Source of the DNA: an uncultured bacterium | GTDB taxonomy: Bacteria > Chlamydiota > Chlamydiia > Chlamydiales > JAAZZY01 | Direction of reading: 5' to 3' | Assembly (NCBI GenBank): GCA_964351075.1 | Contig: CAYGMF010000005.1 | Location: forward strand, 6,790 to 39,234 | Length of the DNA: 32,445 bases | Shown: piece after piece, positions 27,507 to 32,445 of the stretch | How positions within the stretch are numbered: position 1 is the first letter of the stretch | How the letters are laid out: each line of letters begins with the position of its first letter | Position numbers and translations under genes: made by a program | Notes under the pieces: generated by a model | Database searches by the model: none | Told to the model about the DNA's origin: nothing | What the model saw: only the letters and a program-made list of their open reading frames with translations

Positions 27507-28250
27507 ATGAATGAGCCTGATCTAGACTTAAAAAATATTTCAAAATATTTTAAATGTCGATCAGGCTCTTTTTCTATTCTCAACTCAATAAATTTAAAAA
27601 TTTATCCTAATCAAACTCTTGCTCTTGTAGGCCCTTCAGGCTCTGGAAAGACTACTTTAGCTAGAATCGTAGCTAAGCTCGCAAAGCCTTCAACAGGGGA
27701 GCTTATTTACGCTCCTGTAGCCAATTATAGAGGTGCTATTCAGCTAGTTTTCCAAAATCCCTTTGAATCTTTGACTCCTCATATGACTATTTCCAATATC
27801 TTATTGGATTCATATTCTCGTTTAGAAAAAGAACAAGTACTGCTAGAGCTCAATGAGCTATTTGATCGATTGAAGTTGGATAGGGGACATCTAAATGCAT
27901 ATCCTCATGAATTAAGTGGGGGAGAAGCGCAAAGGGTTGCTTTAGTCCGTGCTTTATTAAACAAACCTAAACTTCTTATTTGCGACGAAATACTTTCAGC
28001 AATAGACACCGTTTTACAAAAAGAGATCTTAGATCTATTAAAGGAATTACAGCTCAAATTAGGCTTTTCTATCTTATGGATTACACATGATCTGATTACT
28101 GCACACTATTTTTCTCGCGAGATAGCCGTTCTCTATAAAGGGGAAATCGTTGAAACGATTACTAGCGAAAATCTATTTACAAACGCGAAACATCCCTATA
28201 CTAAAGAACTGATTAAAGCTGTTCACTGGATTTTAAATGAAAAAAAATGA
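27507..28250 (+). CDS. Oligopeptide/dipeptide-type ABC transporter ATP-binding subunit (OppF/DppF-like), orphan
   Basis: Walker A GPSGSGKT, Q-loop VFQNP, YPHELSGGE.QR, Walker B LLICDE, ITHD, C-terminal HPYT..L. Confidence 0.88.
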   Translation: MNEPDLDLKNISKYFKCRSGSFSILNSINLKIYPNQTLALVGPSGSGKTTLARIVAKLAKPSTGELIYAPVANYRGAIQLVFQNPFESLTPHMTISNILLDSYSRLEKEQVLLELNELFDRLKLDRGHLNAYPHELSGGEAQRVALVRALLNKPKLLICDEILSAIDTVLQKEILDLLKELQLKLGFSILWITHDLITAHYFSREIAVLYKGEIVETITSENLFTNAKHPYTKELIKAVHWILNEKK

Positions 28251-28277
28251 CCTAAACATAGTGCGATTAGGTCATTT
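28240..28277 (-). terminator. Terminator hairpin between the convergent ABC ATPase and SH3-type genes
   Basis: AAATGACCTAA (28245-55) pairs with TTAGGTCATTT (28267-77); the A-run at 28240-47 gives a U-tail on the minus strand. Confidence 0.65.
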
Positions 28278-28287
28278 GAAATTAAAT

Positions 28288-29502
28288 TTATTCTTGAGCT
28301 TCAAGAACGTAGAAAGCTGGAAAAGCAAAGTTATGGTTGTCTCTTTCAGAAACTTTCAATGAAACTTTTTTTCCTACCATTTCTTGCAAGTTAACATGTG
28401 TGCTGTATAGATAAGCAACAGTTTGCCCGTTTGATGTGAGTACAAAGTCACCAGGCTTATGCTTAATTAAGGTATTAAAAGGTTCGATAATTCCATGAAC
28501 TTGATCCGCATTCAACGACTCTTCTCCATAGTAATTTTCTTCACTTAAATTAGGATGGTCTGTAGCCCAAGCTTGAAAGCGAGCAAACTCTAACGGCTGC
28601 CAAACTTTCATCTTATCTGTAACATTTTTAGGAAAGTCTAAAACTAAGTTTGAGGACTGAATTTCACTCATTACTTCAACCGCATCTGGGCTTGAATCAT
28701 GATCAAAATCTGTTAGTTTGGCAGTTAAAGATTCTACTTCTAAAGCAGACTTGCCAGCTTTCCCTTCTAAGTATGCTATTTTCAGATCGCAGTAACCTTT
28801 TTCCAACTCAGCTATAGACCTTTGCACTTTTTCTTTTATGTGATCAAGGTCGGCATAGTCTTTTGCTATTTTCTCAAAGTTTTGTACGAGTCTTTTTAAG
28901 TCGACTTCTAAAAAATTTTTCCTGAATTCAGTTTGTGCTATAAGGTCGGCTGTTGCTAATAGTTGATTTGCTTCTCCTACACGTGCATGGTATTTTTCAA
29001 CATAGTCAACAGAACCAACGTTTTCGACATACTCTTTTGCAACCCAAAAGACAACGCCTTGAGGGACTGAAATTTCATACCATTTAGATTGCTGAGGGCT
29101 AAGTTGAACATTGACCTTATCACCAGAGTTTAGTTGAGCAACTACTGGAGCTTCTAAATTTGGATTTAAACGGATGTTGACGTGTTCAGCCTCAACCTGA
29201 TTATCTAAGACATAGGTGCGATAGACGTAGGCTTTCATGTCTTTTGAAGGTAAAACTCCATAGTAGTCTTCACTTTCATTTACAACGGCAAAAATTTGCC
29301 CTTTAGAAAGTTCGCTGACAATATGGCCTTCTAGATTTGGATGAAGTCTCATACGAACTTTATCTCCAAGGATCTTTCCGGTAAATGAACTGAATCCTGC
29401 TTTCGATACTTTTTTAGAGTGTTCGACAGAAGGCGCACGAGCGGACAGAGCTGAACAAATAAAAGGTAATACAAACAAGAAAGGAAATAAATTTCGTTTC
29501 AT
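28288..29502 (-). CDS. Secreted protein with two bacterial SH3-like repeats (CT017/Ctad1-like)
   Basis: Signal peptide; two repeats VRMRLHPNLEGHIV..L.KG and VNIRLNPNLEAPVV..L.SG; C-terminal RDNHNFAFPAFYV; adjacent to CT016- and CT015-like genes. Confidence 0.8.
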   Translation of the reverse strand: MKRNLFPFLFVLPFICSALSARAPSVEHSKKVSKAGFSSFTGKILGDKVRMRLHPNLEGHIVSELSKGQIFAVVNESEDYYGVLPSKDMKAYVYRTYVLDNQVEAEHVNIRLNPNLEAPVVAQLNSGDKVNVQLSPQQSKWYEISVPQGVVFWVAKEYVENVGSVDYVEKYHARVGEANQLLATADLIAQTEFRKNFLEVDLKRLVQNFEKIAKDYADLDHIKEKVQRSIAELEKGYCDLKIAYLEGKAGKSALEVESLTAKLTDFDHDSSPDAVEVMSEIQSSNLVLDFPKNVTDKMKVWQPLEFARFQAWATDHPNLSEENYYGEESLNADQVHGIIEPFNTLIKHKPGDFVLTSNGQTVAYLYSTHVNLQEMVGKKVSLKVSERDNHNFAFPAFYVLEAQE

Positions 29503-29607
29503 ACTAAAAAACTCCTGAAATCATGATAATAGTTAGTGAAACACTAATGTATGATTTTTGGAGTTTTTCTCAAAGAGATTTTTTTCTGAGATAGAATGTG
29601 AAAAGAC

Positions 29608-30327
29608 TTAGGTATTTAAAACTGCTTTAATATGCTCACAGTTTTTTTTCCCGCACGTACAGCCTAAAGGTTCGCCAAGAAATACATTATACTGCTCTTT
29701 CTTATCTAAGGGATTAACGACAGAATAGAGTTTGTCGCCTGTTTGAGAAATATCCCAAGTTTTAAAGGTTAAATCTTCTTCTGATACGTGTTCTTCTAAT
29801 TCGACTTTTTCTTCAGGTACTTGACCTTGTACAGCACGTGCTATCTGGCAGTGCACACAGTTACAATGAGGTTCAGCTTTTAATCCTGTCATCAAATTTG
29901 GATCGGCATCCATGATTTTTGCAATAGCTGAAACTTTCTCTAAAACTTCTTTAGGTAGATCTGGAGAGTTTGCTTGCTCTTGATTATGTTGCATAGCAGC
30001 ACCAAGCCCTTCTAAGTTCCCGCCAAATCTCATTGGAAATCCAAGGCCAGCCATGTTGTCAAATGAGAACATATTTGGAGCTCCAGGGTTTTGTGGAGCA
30101 GAATCTTTTTTTGAAATACTTTCTAGATATTGAGTATGAGTTTGAAAGATTTTGGTCACTACATCTTGATCAAGTCCTGGAATACGAATAGCTGTCCCAT
30201 TGTTTAGAGCAAGTACAAGTATTTGCAGAGCACCTTCTTGCTCAACGTGAATAGAGCAGACGCTTTCCCAGCTTGTAGAAATATGCGGAGGGATGCTCAA
30301 GATCTTGTTATTAATGATATACTGCAT
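29608..30327 (-). CDS. Conserved chlamydial protein (CT016-like) with Cys/His clusters and C-terminal SWIM-like Zn finger
   Basis: ILSIPP.ISTSW start; HCNCVHCQIA; GCTCGKKNCEHIKAVL (CxC-x4-CxH). Confidence 0.8.
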   Translation of the reverse strand: MQYIINNKILSIPPHISTSWESVCSIHVEQEGALQILVLALNNGTAIRIPGLDQDVVTKIFQTHTQYLESISKKDSAPQNPGAPNMFSFDNMAGLGFPMRFGGNLEGLGAAMQHNQEQANSPDLPKEVLEKVSAIAKIMDADPNLMTGLKAEPHCNCVHCQIARAVQGQVPEEKVELEEHVSEEDLTFKTWDISQTGDKLYSVVNPLDKKEQYNVFLGEPLGCTCGKKNCEHIKAVLNT

Positions 30328-30380
30328 AAATACCTCGAATTCCGTGCTTGAATTATGATTTCTATCTTTCTAAATTATAA

Positions 30381-30400
30381 TACCATTATATACCATTATA
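30381..30400. repeat. Exact tandem duplication (TACCATTATA)x2
   Basis: Read directly: taccattata taccattata. Confidence 0.9.
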
Positions 30401-30413
30401 AAAAAACTTTCAA
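30385..30413 (-). promoter_or_regulatory. Sigma66/sigma70 promoter for the CT016-like/SH3 operon
   Basis: Minus strand TTGAAA (30413-08), 17 bp, TATAAT (30390-85). Confidence 0.65.
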
Positions 30414-30569
30414 GCCTTATTAGCAATTAAGAGGGGTATCTGCGAAATAATCACATAACAGACTGAATATAAGCTATTTGTGAATTTATTTAGTTTTTCC
30501 TTGGCAGGAATGAAGAGATTCACTAGTTTGAATTTTTAAGACCTTATTTATTACTCAAGGCTCTCTTCT

Positions 30570-31886
30570 ATGACCCAAAAAACATTCCTTCTCGATACAA
30601 ACGTCCTACTCTATGATCCAAAAGTCCTCTCACATTTCAAAAATTGTTTACTGATTATCCCTATTTCTGTCATCGAAGAGCTCGATGATATGAAAAGGCT
30701 TCCCAATGATTTAGGACGTAATGCTCGATTAGTTATGCGCTCTTTTGATGCCATTAAAGCGCATCATACTAAAGCAGACCTAATGGCAGGGATAAAAATA
30801 GAAAATGGTTGCGAAGTTCGTGTTTTTTCCTGTCATAACTTAGAAGCAAATGGAAAATTTGTTCACGATAAAAATTCACGAAAAAATCAGGTGCTCTATT
30901 CTGCTTATCAAGCAGCAAAGACCTACCCCGATATAATCTTTCTTTCAAAAGACTTCGCATCGAGACTAAAAGCTCAGATGACAGGGATTCATGCAGAAGA
31001 CTATAAAAACACCAGTTTTTCTCATCGAGATATTTATACCGGTCTTAAAAAGGCTGAGGTTTCTAAAAAAGATATCGACCTCTTTATGAAAAATGGAGTT
31101 CTAGATTGGCCAGATCAAGAGATTTATGCAAATGAGTATTGTGTGCTCTCCTCAGACGAAGAAACTCATATTATAGGACGTTACGACAAACATCAAAAAC
31201 AACTAGTTGCTTTGAATGCACTTCCACAAGATCTCTGGAGTATAAAGCCTAGAAACATCCAACAAAGATGTGCTTTAGATCTAATCCTTCGAGAAGATAT
31301 CAAACTTGTAACTCTTGTGGGTCAGGCTGGAACAGGAAAAACTCTTCTAGCACTTGCTTGTGCTCTTAGAAAAGTTTTTGATGAGGGGTATTACTCAAAA
31401 ATTCTAGTCAGTCGTCCTATCATGCCACTTGGTAAAGATATAGGTTTCTTACCAGGGACTAAAGAAGAAAAGCTTTTTCATTGGATGCAGCCAATCTATG
31501 ATAACCTTGAATACCTTTGCCAAGCAGGGTCAGGTGCTCAGGATACTCAAGAGAATTTACGTTGGATTAAAGAGAGTCAAAAGTTAGAGCTAGAAGCTGT
31601 AACTTACATCAGAGGGCGAACACTCCCTAATATGTTCATTATTATTGATGAAGCTCAGAACTTAACGCCTCACGAAATTAAAACAGTTATCTCAAGAGCT
31701 GGAGAGGGGACCAAAGTTATTTTAGCAGGAGACCCATCCCAAATAGATAACCCCTATTTAGACATTGATACGAATGGCTTAACCTTTGCTATTTCAAAGT
31801 TTGGAGACCATCCCATCTTTGGAAACATGACCTTTGACGTCACAGAACGCTCAGAGCTTTCTTCTCTAGCAGCAGAAGTTCTTTAA
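30570..31886 (+). CDS. phoH: PIN-PhoH fusion ATPase (PhoH2/YlaK-like, CT015-like)
   Basis: PIN: LDTNVLL, VIEELD, SKD. PhoH: G.AGTGKTLLA, IGFLPG..EEK, YIRGRT, DEAQN, GD..QID. Confidence 0.92.
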   Translation: MTQKTFLLDTNVLLYDPKVLSHFKNCLLIIPISVIEELDDMKRLPNDLGRNARLVMRSFDAIKAHHTKADLMAGIKIENGCEVRVFSCHNLEANGKFVHDKNSRKNQVLYSAYQAAKTYPDIIFLSKDFASRLKAQMTGIHAEDYKNTSFSHRDIYTGLKKAEVSKKDIDLFMKNGVLDWPDQEIYANEYCVLSSDEETHIIGRYDKHQKQLVALNALPQDLWSIKPRNIQQRCALDLILREDIKLVTLVGQAGTGKTLLALACALRKVFDEGYYSKILVSRPIMPLGKDIGFLPGTKEEKLFHWMQPIYDNLEYLCQAGSGAQDTQENLRWIKESQKLELEAVTYIRGRTLPNMFIIIDEAQNLTPHEIKTVISRAGEGTKVILAGDPSQIDNPYLDIDTNGLTFAISKFGDHPIFGNMTFDVTERSELSSLAAEVL

Positions 31887-31896
31887 GGATGTTTAT

Positions 31897-31918
31897 AACA
31901 TCTTATATATAAGATGTT
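31897..31918. repeat. Perfect 22-bp palindrome AACATCTTATATATAAGATGTT
   Basis: AACATCTTATA followed by its exact reverse complement, between the phoH stop and the ssrA promoter. Confidence 0.85.
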
Positions 31919-31943
31919 TGATAGCGGATTTTTAAGTAAACTC

Positions 31944-31972
31944 TTGATTTTAAAGGACTCCTTTGCTAAAAT
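31944..31972 (+). promoter_or_regulatory. ssrA promoter (sigma66/sigma70, extended -10)
   Basis: TTGATT (31944-49), 17 bp, TAAAAT (31967-72) preceded by TG; 19 bp before the mature tmRNA 5' end. Confidence 0.7.
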
Positions 31973-31991
31973 AAATGTAACTTTCAAATAC

Positions 31992-32391
31992 GGGGGTGTA
32001 CCGGTTTCGACTGGAATACGAAGTATTGATTGCATGCGGAGGATGTCAGTGGGCCTCCTAAATCATCTGGCAAAAAACATAAATGCTAACAAGCAAAATA
32101 AAATTGTAGACGTAGACTTCTCTGAAGGTGCGTTTGCGATGGCTGCGTAAACTTAACCGTTTAGTACAGCTCGATAGCTCAAGATAAGACCAAGGGTCTT
32201 GAAACTATCGTCATTTACTTGGTGTGAGTTTAGTTCGTTCTGGCACTTTTGGAACTAAATTCGAGATTATAATTGAGCCGATCGACTTTGAATGGGGCAT
32301 CTTACACTGAAGTCGGTATTTTAAGATGCTAAGCATGTAGAGATTGATAGGGAGTTTTTCTAGGACGAGAGTTCGATTCTCTCCACCTCCA
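31992..32391 (+). ncRNA. ssrA: tmRNA; tag ORF 32085..32150 encodes ANKQNKIVDVDFSEGAFAMAA
   Basis: 5' GGGGGTG pairs with 3' CACCTCC-A including a G3-U pair; GGTTTCGAC; T-arm GAGAG-TTCGATT-CTCTC; resume context ATAAAT-GCT; tag ends AA-stop. Confidence 0.97.
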
Positions 32392-32403
32392 ACGTTACTG
32401 ATG

Positions 32404-32430
32404 GCCTGAGAAATTCTCAGGCTTTTTTTT
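32404..32430 (+). terminator. Intrinsic terminator of ssrA
   Basis: GCCTGAGA-AAT-TCTCAGGC followed by T8. Confidence 0.9.
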
Positions 32431-32445
32431 ATTTTAAAATTCTAT

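Noticed and set aside
31914-32150. 78-aa ORF in the track
   Set aside because: It is an in-frame extension of the tmRNA tag through the promoter and tRNA-like domain, not a gene.
1-32445. CRISPR arrays, IS elements, integrases, tRNA or rRNA genes
   Set aside because: No regularly spaced repeats, transposase or recombinase ORFs, or cloverleafs other than the tmRNA tRNA-like domain were seen.

Overview
AT-rich bacterial core-genome window, very likely from an environmental member of the phylum Chlamydiota. The evidence is the lnt-lpxC-fabZ-lpxA-fmt-rplC order, a fused S10/spc/alpha cluster lacking rpsJ, rpsN, rpmD, adk, map, infA, rpmJ and rpsD, CT550/CT355/CT016/CT017-like genes, and a tmRNA with a long tag. 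In order it holds a partial low-complexity ORF, a hidden 50-aa basic small ORF, a CT550-like gene, two tandem D,D-carboxypeptidases, rsmA, a SurA-like gene, rsmB, lnt, an AAA ATPase, lpxC-fabZ-lpxA-fmt, a GT61 glycosyltransferase, rplC..rplQ with secY and rpoA, an orphan peptide-ABC ATPase, SH3-type and SWIM-type proteins, PIN-PhoH and ssrA. The most notable signal is two eukaryote-like genes inserted into this conserved backbone. One is a membrane AAA ATPase that closely follows the motif pattern of mitochondrial ATAD3, with an extra membrane hairpin and an ssrA-like C-terminal degron. The other is a type-II-anchored GT61 resembling EOGT and fungal GT61 enzymes. No transposase, integrase, CRISPR array, rRNA or tRNA was seen. 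All family comparisons are from recalled motifs, not database searches.
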